DNA of 64,000 nucleotides from Raillietiella orientalis (lineage: Eukaryota): assembly GCA_036172245.1 (NCBI GenBank), contig JAYWIR010000109.1, positions 62,001-126,000 of the forward strand, in the 5' to 3' direction. Shown here piece by piece: positions 36,721 to 49,552 of the stretch (the first letter of the stretch is position 1; the number at the start of each line of letters is the position of its first letter). The position numbers and the translations under genes are program-made. The notes under the pieces are model-generated. The model worked only from the letters and a program-made list of their open reading frames with translations. It was not told the origin of the DNA and did not search any database.

Positions 36721-39700
36721 ACTTTAGGGTCCTCCTTCCCTCTCTTCCTTCCCTAGGTCATTCGCAGCACAGTCCTGAGCTTGCCTAGGCAGAGTGATTG
36801 GCGGGATACGTGCGACCCTGCGCTTGCGTGGAGCGTCCAGCGGGAACTGTGGGGGGAGGCGAGTCTCCGCACTACTGCGCTGCCGGCGCTTCGACCGGTG
36901 CTTCCTCTTCCACCGCCACCCTCGCCGTTTCCGTTACTCCGCCGAGCGGCAGGACGGCGCTCCTTGCCGGCGGTCCGTTCGCAGCTGCTCCCTCGGAGCT
37001 CTGTCCTTGGGGCTGCACCTCTTCCTGGGGGAAAGGCGGCTGCCTCCACCCTCCAGGGTTATCCGGGTCAGCTGTATGCCTCGCCCTCAAGCATCGGAGA
37101 CCTCGTTCTCTAGTCCTCGTGTGCGCGCACGTGCCACCAGGCTGCCCATTAAGCCCACCGTAAGTAGGGATCTTTTACCTCTCCTTCGGTGCCAGCTGTT
37201 GAGCTGCCTAGGATCCGCTTCCGGTTTGTTGGAGACGGTCACTCGTGGGAACGGTCCTGGAGGCGGTGGCGAGCAGCCGGGAAGTCTTGCGCGATGAGGA
37301 GGAGCGGAAGGCACCACGGACTGCAAGCCTTCGAAGGAGCGCCGACGCCCAAGAGCTTGCCCTAGGGCTTCCTCCTGGTACCTCTGGTGCTCTCGGCATG
37401 GAAGAAGAAAAAGAAAAAGAAGCGCATAGGTGGTTGGCGGAGGCGGGCCTCGTCGTCGCCTCGTTTCTTCCGCACCTGCCACTAACTGCCGTGACCCGGG
37501 ATGGATTCTGCGAGGAAACCGCGCCGGCGCCATCTTCCCTTTTGGAGCGAGATTTTCGCTCCCGCCCTTCCGCCGCCGGGTCGCCGTCGTTCGCACCCGC
37601 AGCGGCGGCGCCTCGATCGCTCCGCTTCCGAGCGTCCACCTACTGTGAGTTCGCCAGCGGCGGCAGGCGCGCCTTCGCCGTGCAAGAAGGGCAAGGAGGG
37701 CATGGCTCCCTGGTGCGACCCACGGGCAAGAGCCCCTTCCTCGCTTTGGGAGCTCTACCCATTCCCGCGCAACGAACGGCGAAGAGCCCGGTCGTTGCTG
37801 CAGAGGACGCGCAGCAGCTGCCCTGGACCTGCCCTCTCGGTGGCAGCCCTCCTTCTCCCGAGGGAAGGCCGAACCGAGTCTGTGGGTCCGTCGCGGCGCT
37901 CGCGCGCGCGCCGTTTGTTCGGAACGCACGCGGCGATGGCGCTTCCGTGTAGGCGGGGTGGGCGAGCGACCGGTTCCCACGGGGCGTTCCGGCGATCACC
38001 GGAGGGAAGGTGCAGGGAAGGCAGCCCGGCGAGCTGCGATCTTGAGGTTCCCCCCCTCCGTCGCGGCCTTCCAGGAGGAACTCGGAGACTTCTCCAAGTC
38101 CCGGAGCCGCGCTCCAGCGCCGCCAGTCCCAACCACCGAGCTCGAGCGGCTTCCCTGGATGGGGGTGCTCCTCCTCCGAGCTCCCTATCTCCCCACTGAC
38201 GCCACTCCAAAGGGAACGAAGAGGAAGAGGAGGATCCGCCCTTCTCCTCTTTTCCCTCCTTCTTCCTCCTCCTCTTCTCTCCCTCTTTCGTCTTCCCGGT
38301 GCTTCCAGATCGTAGATGCCTCTCGCGTGGCTTCCAGGCATGAAATTGCGCCTCCCTAGATCGATTGGCGAGCGGAGACGCTCTCTCGTCCCTGGCGCAT
38401 GGCAGGATGGTGCACGTCGTTGGTGGCCCCTCTCTTCCGCGGCTCGACGCCGCTCGGGGGTCGGAAAAGCGCCAGCAGAGGCCTCTCGCATCTCGTCCGC
38501 CTCAGAAGACGCACTCCACCTCCGGCCGGGATTTCAAGGTCCCTCCTCGCGCCCAACTTCCCTTCCCTGCACCGACCGGGATGTTGTGTAAGAAGAATCT
38601 ACTTCCCATCTAGCCGGGGACTCGGCAGATTCTTCCCGGAAGAATCGCCCCCCTCCCCATTCCCATTTCTTTCCTTGCGCGGCGTCTGCGGTCTCTTCCG
38701 TGCCTCTCCGTCGGGTCGCGAGAGCTCCCGCAGCACCGCGCTCCTATCCGGGCCCTTCCTCAGTGCCCGACGTGGCAGAGTTCCTCCCCCCCCCTTCTCT
38801 CTCTCTCGGACGGGAAAGGGCGATCTCCAGCCGCCATCTTCTCCGTTCGATCCCAGATCGTTTCCCACGCCTCCACTCCGGACGATTCCGAGAGGCTCAG
38901 AGCGAACCCCTTCCCTGTGATCATCACGGTTCCCCTCTTCGATCTTCCCTCTCGCGCTATCATTCAGTCTGCAGTGGTTGCAGGAGCTCAGGCAAGTTTT
39001 AATCGCGACTTTCACGGGAGCCCTGCGAATGCCTCTCGTCCCCAAAGATGCATCCAATAATCCAATTCACGAACACAATGTCTCGCTCCGAGGACACGTA
39101 GTTCGGCTGCGAGGGAGAGCAAAAAAGAGAAAGAGAAATCCGAATTAACTCCCCTTCCCACCCCGAAATCTCTCAGTGATCCAAGACCGGGGGGGGGGGG
39201 GGGAATTCAGAAAAGATTAATTAGCAGCATTTACCAGGGGCACTTACGAGCGCTGTTGAATGCATTTGTCGCCGCCGATCGCTCGAATTCGAATCGATGG
39301 CTGCTCTTCGGAGAATCCCAGACGCAGCAGCATTCCCCATGTATCCGCGAGTGTTTCGTGCTCCGCCGTCGTCGGCGGTGTGCACACGGAGCCATGCATG
39401 TAACGCGTGCCACTCCGCCCTCACCCCTCACCCCAACATGGCAAGCACGCGTTGGGCCGGTCTGTTTCTTCTTCCGCAAATCCACTCCGCGATCTGGAAT
39501 TCCTCTTCTTCCCCCTTCCTGCGGCGTAGGCGTGGGCAAGGCGAGATGCAGCGTGCACCCCGTCAGCAGCAGCGGAGGAAGAGGAAAAGAAAGAAAATGA
39601 CCAGCCGTATTGCAATCAAAAACCAGGAAACTTGGTTCGACTCCAGATTTCTGCCCACATCTCTCGCCATCATTCATGCAGCCTTCAAGGAATGTTTATT

Positions 39701-41631
39701 CATGGCCTCTCTGTCGCTTGGGGTGACGATAAATCAAGCCGATATTTCACTCTCGCTTTCTAGAGCGTTTGTAAACGTCATCGATGGCCGGGATCATAGA
39801 AAGAGAATAATCCACGGTACGGAGAGACGTGGCATCAGCTGGCGCACAGGGTGTGCGGAATCGGGGGAGGAGGAGAGGGGAAGAGTCATCATCATCATCT
39901 CTGGCAAGGAGCCAAGCACATTGCGGTGCCCGCTAGCCGGAACCGGAAAATCGGACGCCTTCTTCCTCCTTCCTGGCTTTCCCCCACCTGCAGCACGCAG
40001 CGCCTTTGCTGCACGCGTGGCGGTGGCGCGGAGCCGCGCAAGTTGCGGCGTAGGCCCAATTATCGATCGTTCTCCCCCCCCTTCCCTCCCCTCCCCCTTC
40101 CTCGCGCACGAATGCCGGGAAGGGAGCTGTCGACCCCGGAGAGTTCCCCCCTGCGAAGGCTCCCTCTCCATCCTTCCGCCGGGCAGAGCGCCGCCTTTCC
40201 GGACGCGCCCGACTGCTCGAGTCTCGCGGCGGGAGCGGCGCCTGCGGACGAGGTACCGTTTTTTCCGGGAGGGGGGGAGGATCCTGCCGGATGAGGGGAG
40301 GTCGAAGGCGTGCTGCGCTCGTCGGCCGGTGAGAAGCACGGCCCACGCGCCCGTCATCGATCGGCACCGCAGGCGACCCGTAGGGAGGGCGTCGTGACGA
40401 ACGAAACAAGGGGACTCCTTCCTTCCCTCCCCGCAGGAAGAGACTCTCCTCCCCCGTCCCCTGCCGGGAAGAATTTTTCCGACCCTCGCTGCCAGGGCGA
40501 GTCCGCGCTCCCTCCTCCCCTCCGTGTCCGGCGGGTCCCGAAAGGCTCCGAAAGGAAAGGAAGGATGAAAATGATGGGGGACGCGCGCCTCCGTCTCCCT
40601 CCAGGCTTGGTGTGGGACGCATCTGAGCCTCGCCCCCGTGGGAGATTTCCCGCAGGGAACCCTCCTTCCTTCCTTTTGTGTTTTTCCTGTTGTCTCTTTT
40701 TGTTGCTTTTCTCTGGAAAGACGGGAGCAGGTGGAGCGCCGAAGAATGGGGAAGGTGGAGGAAGAGCCACTGGCCAGCAGGCTCTCAGCTAGTCGCTCAT
40801 CCCGAGGGAAGCCGAGGTATTCCAGGACAACCCTTCACCTCCCCGCGTCTCCAGCGCCATCCACCTGCCAGCGCCATCCCTTCCTGGAGATTCCGGGATT
40901 GTCGCGTTCAGCAGGGGGAGCTTCTTGTTTCTCGGAAGATGCTTTTCGAGAGGACGGCCGAAGGTCTCCACGGCGACCGAGACGCGAAATAACACCGTGC
41001 AAGAAGTTGGTTTCTTTCGTGTCATCCCCTCCGCCTCTCAGGGGCGCCTTCCTTCCCGTCTCGTTCGCCTCTTTCGGCTTCCTGCCCGCTGCCGAAGGGT
41101 GTGCCCTGGTTCTCTAGACGACCGGATACCGCCTCACCGCCTCCTCATGGACCGACTTCCGGGGACCAGATGGACCCTACTCGAGATCAACGGAGAAGAA
41201 AGCAGGGGCTGAAGAGAGGGGGATGAGTGCATTTGGGCGAGTTCCCTCGCGCGCGTCAAGGAGAAGCAGAAAAGAGAGAGGGAGGCAGGTTAGCAGCCGA
41301 GGCTTCACTCCGACCCTCCTTTCCCGACCCTCTCAGTGCACATCCGTGAGTCCAGCAGCGCCACTCTCCTGCGCTACGGCAGGGACAACAACCAGACGGA
41401 CGCCGCCAGCGCTCTCGGTTCCTTCCGTTCGGAGGCGCTGCGATCTCCAGTGACGTCCCTTAACCATGCCGTGCATTACACTGCGCCCCGAGTGCGTGGC
41501 GTTCGCTGCCCTTCTCCCCTTCCCTCTCGGTATTTACAACGTCCCAGACCATAAAGGGCAACCGCTCGGCGGCACCCATAAACAGGGCTCGCCGTAAACG
41601 CCTGTCTCCCCCTCTTCCTGCCCCGTCCTTG

Positions 41632-41656
<25 letters not shown>
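41632..41656. repeat. (GA)n microsatellite
   Basis: Read directly from the sequence. Confidence 0.9.
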
Positions 41657-41662
<6 letters not shown>

Positions 41663-43889
41663 GGGGGAGGACGTTGAGGGGCATATTCAGATCGTCGCAC
41701 ACGCATCTCCCTGGGTCTCCTGCTCTCAGCGAAGGACCCTCCGCCGCCCACATCTTTCCCACGGGACGCTCACCCTCCGCGTCTCGCTCGGCCTCGGCGA
41801 GCTCCTGGACTGCGGCCGCGGCCCACGCTCGTGGTAGTCCCGGGCACCCGTGCATGCCCACGCGGCCAGGTGTTTGCATTCATGTGTCGCCTGCACGGAC
41901 TCACGTGCAGGCGTCCGTGGTGTGTGCATCTGCACACATCTGCGCGCGTGCGAGAGCGCATCGCACATGTTTCGCGCGTACGTGTCATGGAACATATGTA
42001 CGTGCGAGCGTGCATGCCTGCACGCTTGTGCGCGAACACTGCGCAGGCACGCACTTGTGACTACGCGTAAAGCGCGTGCTCCGTGTTCCGACTCGCGCGT
42101 TCCCTCTTTTCCCCTCGGGGCTGCGCCGCCGCTTTCCCCGCCCCATCAAAGGGCGCCCCGGATTATGCCTCCTGGGAGATGGTGCGTGGGCTCCGCTCAC
42201 GAGCACTCCGGAACTCCGCAGAGCGACAGCCACGCACGCATCCCCGCGGTGAGTCCTTCCCTCCACTCGCGCGCACGTGCGCCCTCTCCCTGGTTGACTG
42301 TCACACTCGGGTAGAGATGGCAGCATCACGGGGGTCGCAGGAGATAAAGAGGGAGGAGCAGAGGCACACGCCAGGATAGCTCGCGGAAACGGAGCGGTCG
42401 GGAGTACCCCCGTCGTTAGCGACCTCCAGAGAGAGGAGTTTGGCGTCCCCTCTTCCCCCCCTTTCCCTCTTCTGGTGAGGAAGGGAACGACTCTGGCGTT
42501 CGCGCTGGTGTTCGTCCGCCCCTCACGCGGCAGGCAGCAGCATCCGATGGACGGTCGCGCGTGTCTCATTGGGGCAGTACGGGAAAGCGGCCGGCGAAAG
42601 CGAGGAGGAAGCGCTTGTCCGCGGGCTGAGCAAAAGGGAGGTCGAAGCGGAGATGGGAGGAGGGAGGGAACGAAGAGCCCGATCCCTGGGGGAGAGGTCG
42701 GAAAACCTGTCGCCCTTCCATCCTTCCCTGCGAACCAGAAAGGGAGAAAAGCGAAATACGTGGAAACCCCCCGCAAGGCCGCTCCTGGGGAAGCGCGCCA
42801 TCTCTGAAGCGGTGCAGAAATCTCGCGCGCGGACGCACAATCGGGGAAGTCGGACGGCAAAAGAAAAACTGCTGTGCGCTGGAGGAGGAGGAGGAGGAGG
42901 AGGGCGAATGAACGAAGGACTTAATCGAGTAGCAGCTGTGCAGCTGCTGGTGCGGTGGTGATGCTGCTTTGGGAGCAGCGAAACGGGAAGCAGAAACATT
43001 CCTGCCTACAGCCTCAAGGCGCGACGTCCGGCCCAGCGCGCGCGGCACAGGAAGTGATCTTCTCGTGGGCCGGCTCTCGGGGGCCTTCCGACTGGGCGTG
43101 CAGCGTGGTGCTCGACTCCTCGCGGTCTTTGTGGTGGAGGAAAACGACGAACGAAGCAAGAGCAGAGGCAAAAGAAGAGGTGGCGTTGCCTAGGAGGCGA
43201 GGACTCGCGACAGTCGTGAGGGCTTGCTTTCCCCCACGGGTGTCCCGTGGAGCGAACGCAGGGGAGCAAGGGGGGGAGAGGCCCATCCGTCCTTACGGGG
43301 ACGCAGCCTCGTCGGGGGCTTGATCTTGTTCTTCTAGATCGGAGGAGGAGGAGGAGGGACGGAGGGAGGGAAAGCCTCCTCGCCGTCGCTGTGGCGACCG
43401 AGTGCGGTGACGCCGCCGTCCGCGCATTCTGCGGGCCCGTCCGCCGACTCATCCGAGTAGGGTACGGCAGCACCGCTCGCAGATTCCGAGGCGCACTCAC
43501 GCGCGCATGCGCGCCACGCGCGGACAGTGGCGTGTTCGTTCACCTTTGTTCCTCCACCCTCCCGCCCTTCCACCTTTGTCCCCCTCGTTTTTGCCCTGCG
43601 ATGCTGAGGAGTTGAATGCTAAGGGGAGCACGGGCCGGCGCGGCACAGACGAGCGAGACTTCGTAGGGAGAATGAGAACCGGCAGCGGACAATGGGGCTG
43701 CTCCTGCCCTCCCGTACGGGGGCCGCAGAAGCCCCTCATGCCTAGGGAGTTCACGTGGGGAGTTGTGAGCGGAGCGCTGAATTCAGAAGCTGCTGCTGCT
43801 TTTCTTTTTCTTTTTCTTTTTCTTTTTTTTTTTTTTTTCTATTCGAGGTGGCATTACGAACAAGGGAAACATCCAGTGCGTGCTCGGAG

Positions 43890-44180
43890 TGACGTGTCGT
43901 CTCCTGGAAACGCTTTGTTTGGTCAGGGTGACGTAACAGAGAACGAGACGACGATTCTCTGTCGTGAGAAATGACGCACAGCGAGGCCGATCATCTTTGC
44001 TGCTTGCCAGAGTGACGTAGAGGCAAACGGAAAAGTCGCCTACTGCATGACGTGACGATGGCTTGCGTGACGCAAGAGGAGAGGATTGGCTGCTCAGTAC
44101 GAGTGACGTAGTCCGACTCGTACTGGCGAGCTTAACGCTACCGAGAGCGGAAACGATTCGCCGTTCCTTCCGGATGACGT
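43890..44180 (+). promoter_or_regulatory. Homotypic cluster of TGACG (CRE/ATF half-site) motifs
   Basis: TGACG at 43890, 43929, 43972, 44013, 44048, 44053, 44068, 44104 and 44175, all on the + strand. Regulatory role inferred. Confidence 0.5.
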
Positions 44181-46521
44181 AACGGAGGTCGCGAGCTCGG
44201 AGTAACGGGGGAAGTCGCGAACCCGGTTTCGGCTTTCACCATTTCGCCTCCCGCCGCGGAGGGCCGCGGGCGCCGCAGGGTTCAGGGGGCGGGGTTCCTT
44301 GCCGAGCGAGAGCGGCGGCATGAAGCTCGGTGTCCCTCCGCGCACTGCACGCCGGGAGAGGACCCCACGAGGCGACCACCCCTCCAGCGCGACCGCCTTT
44401 CTCCGGCTTCTCTTCCGGGAAGTCATCCGGTGGTGTGCTGGAGATGGCAGCCCGAGGGACACAAGGAGGGATGGATATCCCGTCGTCGTGGAGACCGGAA
44501 GGGATGGGTTTCCGTACCGAGGGAACCTCCAATCTTTATTTATACATACAATAAAAACTCATACACCACATACATGTGTACGCACTGTAATGTATGCATT
44601 TAAGTGTGTTTTTTTCCGTGCGTGCGTGTGACGCGCGCTCGCTAGGAACAAAGGGTGGGGAACAAAGTCGAAGGAGGCGCGAAAGATGGAGAAAGCAGGA
44701 GGCGGCGGACACCACCACCCCTGATCGTTCCCCTGATCGCATCCGAGGGCGGTGGAATCGCCACCCGACTGGCTGCTGGAGGGCAGCGCTCAGCCTCGAT
44801 GAAGCTGCCGCGAGAGGCGCAGGCGTCGTCCCGGATTCGTTCCTTGCGGTTCGGCTCGAGGTGGACTTCCGCCATTCCGAGCTTCCGCGTGGACGCACGT
44901 GCACGTGCACGTCGAAGCGCCTGTGTCGCGTGCACATTCGGGTGAGGAGACGTGCGCACTCGTGCGCGCCCTCTCGGAAGCTGCCGGCGAACTAATAGAT
45001 CCCGCCGTCTGGTCGGCGGTATGCAAGCGACCCCAAGGCACGGCGGCGAAGCTGAGGTGGGAAACGCCGGGGAAGCTCCAGGAGGAGGGTGCCCGTGCTG
45101 AAGAGGCGCAGCTGGTTGCCAATAAAAATACGAAGCTCTGTGACGTCATCTTGTGCTTTCCTTCGATGGCACCCCTTAGAGGCTTTCGCGGCTTAATTTG
45201 CCACAACCTTTCTAGGTCACCGAGCACACCACCACGCTCCGTGCCTGCACCCTGCCTACTCGGAATGTTCACAGACTTAGGTTCGCAATGCTGGCTGGGG
45301 GCAGCAGCAGGAACAGTGGCGAAGAATGAGCCACGCCCTCTTTTCACTCGTCCTCTCTGCCCCCGCCGCTCTGGGAGAGGTCTTCCAGGTGGCCGTTTGC
45401 CGCAGTCCGGGATCCAACCGGACGCGTCCAGCACACGTCGCGAGAGTGCTGCCGGATCTCGAGACACTCGCACCGTTTCCATTCCCCTCCGGAGATGATG
45501 GTGCTCTTGGAGCCAGAGGGCCTTCGGCTCTTCTTCCATTACCTCGCCGCTTCGAGGACCGAGGGCTCGTACGAGTCGTTCGGCGTGTGCTCGGGCCGCA
45601 CGCAGTCTTTGCAGGGAGAGGTGTGGAGCCTCGGTGTTCCTCCTCCGCCTTCGGTCTTCCGAAGCCACTGCTTAACAGTCGAAAGCAAGGCAGGAAAGCA
45701 GGGTCACCGACCTTGCGGCAGCAAGTTGGGTCGGTGCTCTCTTCCGAGCCACTCCACCAGGTCATCGTGCCTTCTGTCGCACTCGCGCCAAACTTTTGGA
45801 AACAAAATTAAGTAAGCAAAACTTCAACGCAATGGCTGCGAACGTCAGAGGAGGGTCTCTCAGCGCGCGGGCCACCTCTTGCCCCGCCCTCCCTCCCTTC
45901 CTGGCGGGCGCCGCTCGCGCGGGCAAAACGTTCGGCCGCGTCCCGCGGACGGACCCGGTCAACCGGCGGCTCGGCTGGAGAGAACACCAGAGGCGGTGGT
46001 GGCTACGTCACCTCTGGTATGCCTGCCTGCCATCTACACGCGCCCGCTCCCACTCTGCTGCCATCTGCGCCACCCGTATCGAACTCGTTCTCTTCGACGC
46101 CCCCGCACGCTGATTTCCGGTCAGCGCGCGCGCGCGGAAGCTTCCTGCCGATCGCCGCGAGGTGGCACTGAGAGCGCGGCGGTGTCGCCGTAGACGACCC
46201 GCCCGCCCGCCGCCGTAGCGTGGAAGCAGCGGTGGATCCGGCGGCCGCCGAACGGGTCTTTCCCGGAATGCTCTCCCCTGCTCAGTCCAGCTCTCCCCGA
46301 GCTGAACTCACGGGGAGACATCCGAAGCTCGGGATGAGCGGGCAGGGCCCGCCGGGCGCGGTCTCGCGGAGAGCCGCCTCGTCCGACGGCCCCCCCGTCA
46401 CAGGCGCCGCCAGATGCTGCCTGCGGTCGGCGGACCCACGCTGCGATGGGAGGCCCACTCGGGGCCGACCTAAGTCCCGAAAGATCGACGTCCCCGAGGG
46501 ACCACGAAAAAGAAACAGTAC

Positions 46522-47666
46522 ACGCACGTGCGTCTCCTGCAAGGATCAGCGTACGGATTTGTTGCAGTGTACACAGCGTTCCCTCTCTTTATGAACGCAT
46601 TCGCGGCGATTCCCTAAAAATATCTATGCGTATGCATATGAGGCATATATGTGTGTGTATGTAAATATACGTATTAATGTATGTATATAAATACATTTAT
46701 ATACACATACGTACATATAAGTACATATACATATTTGATATTTCCATATACATATTTGTATAAATAAGTATGTGCATGCATTTACATTTCTATATGTATA
46801 TTTATACGTGTATGTACATATTTGTATTTATATACACATATATGTACTATATTTATATAAATGTCCTTAAATATATGTATATATCTGTATATTTATTAAG
46901 CTGCTCTATACGAATATACAAATATGCTCACACATATATATTTATATGTGCACACCGATATTTTTTATTTTTAAAAATGGATATTCATAAATTCGTTTCA
47001 TACATATCCTATAAATAGATACTTATAATAAATAGATGTGATATATATCTATTTATTTTATGTATACATCAGTAGTGTAATCAGTATATACAGATCATAT
47101 ATAATCAACAACTTATTAATTATAGGGAAAAAGCGCATGTTAATAAGCAGTAATAAATACATGTGCTCTAATACTATTACTATTAGTAATATGCACGTTA
47201 ATGAATGCGAATAAGTATGTGCATGAAGATAAATTTGTGTACTGATCTTTATGTCAACACATATACCACTCACTACATGTAATGAGCATGCATACATTTA
47301 TATTTTGTAATTTTCATAATGTGTACCAACCGTGTAATCAAGAAGATATTCATTTTATTAATGATATGCATGCCAACGAATCCCAGTAAATACGCGCGTT
47401 AAAATAGCATTACCATTAATAGCAGGAACCAAACGTGTCGAAACAGACCTGCAGTCCTCACATAAATGCGTATTTATTTTGTACAGTAATCTTCCGTGTG
47501 TACATCAAGAACACAAGAAACAGCTGACTGAGCACGTTCGCAAACTGTATGTCCCTAAATGTACACGCGCCTAGGGAATCGCCGCGAATGCGTTCATAAA
47601 GAGAGGGAACGCTGTGTACACTGCAACAAATCCGTACGCTGATCCTTGCAGGAGACGCACGTGCGT
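46522..47666. mobile_element. Non-autonomous inverted-repeat (MITE/foldback-like) element, 95-bp perfect inverted repeats around an AT-rich interior
   Basis: 46522-46616 is the exact reverse complement of 47572-47666 (checked by eye). The interior is AT-rich, largely alternating purine-pyrimidine low-complexity sequence with no credible ORF. The repeat itself is directly observed; mobile-element status is inference. Confidence 0.65.
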
Positions 47667-48589
47667 TTTTTTTTCCCATTCTTCATGCCCTTCCGGGACT
47701 TCGAGCCAGGCCAGCGGCTGCTGCTCCCGCATCTCCGAACCTGCATCACTTCCTTCCGGATGCCGCCATCCTTCCCGCGGATTCTCTCGGGAGCGCCGCC
47801 GTTCAGCCACGAGTTTTCGGGTGCTCCGGGAACGGTTTCCGGGTTCACCCGCGAGGGTGCGTCAGCGGGGAGTGACGCGCAGCCTCGGAGGCCCGGCGCG
47901 CCATGCTGGCACCCACCGGCCCACTCGAAGTTTCCGATCGCGGCGGCCGGCGGCGCTTGCAAGGCGGCCGGCCGCCTGCCGGAGGGTGCTCTGCCGCCCG
48001 ACGCGGACCGCCGCCCTTCCCCTCCTCTCCAACCCGAAGCTCTCGCGCCGGAAGCAGTCGACCCGGGGTTTGCAGCAGCAGACGGCCAGCAGCCTACGCA
48101 CCTGCGTCACTCCTTCCCGTCCCCTAGCAACAGGGCTCGCGTGAGCCATCTCCTGGGACGTGAAGAGGAGGCAACGCATCTGCGACAGAGCTCGCACAGA
48201 CGCTCTTCAACTCCCCAACGCACCGCGGGTGCCGATGCGGGAGAAGGAGGAGGGCGCCGTCGCTACCTGCATGGATGCAACCCGGCAGCTGCATCCACGC
48301 GGCGCGAGTGGAGCGCGCCCGCCACTTGAGTGAACGGACGTGAAAAGATGGCGCGCACCGCGCTGGCGGCAAGAAGCCGCCGGTCGACGGGCGCGTCGGA
48401 AACCTCCCATCCGTCTGGCAGATGCGGTTGCGCAGCAGCGCCCCTACCGTTAACACCCGGATGTGCCGGGGCATTTATTTTGAAAAATAAAAGCACAATT
48501 ACATTTTCTCGTGGTGAACCCAAGGGCTCACCACATCACAACAGCTTGCTGGTTGCCGGTGCAAAGACCGGCGAGGACCAGCCAACGCG

Positions 48590-49546
48590 CGGGGGTGGGA
48601 ATAAAGCAAACAAAAAGAAACAAAAAGTGTAACGTGGGAGGGGAGAATTGTCTAGGGGTGGGGAGGGCGGGGAAGGGATCACTCTGCGTGCCGATCGGTC
48701 CTCTAGATCCTGTTCAGGATCCCAGCAAGATGTATGCTGCTTGAGCCCAGGAAATGACCTGGAAATGTTCCGCACAAAGATGCGCGTCCAGTGGATGGCA
48801 TCCCTGCCATTTCGGCCTCTTTTGGACGTGTACCATGCCTCCACGATTCCGCGAATGCAGCACAGCACTGCGACCGACACGGCCGGGGGCAAGCTGGCAC
48901 GCGAGAAGAGGCGCCTGAAAATGTCCCTGGGGGCGCCTCCGCCAATGTTCAGGATCGTCTCAAGACGATTCCAGAGAGGGCGGAGACCCAGTCCACAATG
49001 GGGAATGTTTCTTTCTCCCCGCACCGGTCACACAGGGCATCCGCACTTCCAGGTGTCCAGTGAGTGAGGCGTGCTTTGCATGGGAGTCCCCAATGCAAGA
49101 CGAGCAACGCCACCTCCTGCCACTTCATGGGGAGGGAGCCATTGTTCCAACACGCCGGGGGCCATTTCACCTCCTCCGGAGGTATTGCAAGTAGCTCGCC
49201 CCAGCGTAAAAAGTCCTTTGGGCGGGACACTCGGGGTCACAGCGTCCGTTAGCTGCCGAGATGTCCACGCCTTCATCAATTGGGTTCTGCCATCAATGAT
49301 GCAGGACACTTTCCACTGTCCCAGTTCGTCGCTGTCCCTAGCGTTCACCAGGGAGGGCAGCAATGGGGCAAGGGGGGTAATCAGAGCCCACAGCAGCTTG
49401 CCAGCTCCTGCGGCGCTGCACCGGCAGCGAAGGACTTCTCTCGCTGCTGCCGCATACGGAGCGCGCCACGAGAAGCTTCGGTTTCCCCTGCAAACCTCTG
49501 TACCGGCTCCTGGTAGCCCACGCATGGATCTCCTGCCGCCCAACAA
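48590..49546 (-). mobile_element. Degenerate L1/Tx1-like LINE, ORF2 3' end (copy A)
   Basis: Frameshifted peptides QWKVSCIIDG..AWT, LRWGELLAIPPEEVKWP, LHWGLPC and zf-RVT-like CDRCGEKETFP, then AVLCCIRGIVEAW and a C-rich/T-rich 3' tail. Boundaries approximate. Confidence 0.75.
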
Positions 49547-49552
49547 ACTTTA

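Noticed and set aside
46590..46620. Helitron 3' end interpretation of the repeat arm (ends CTAA/CTAG)
   Set aside because: No convincing GC-rich hairpin at the expected distance and no following T.
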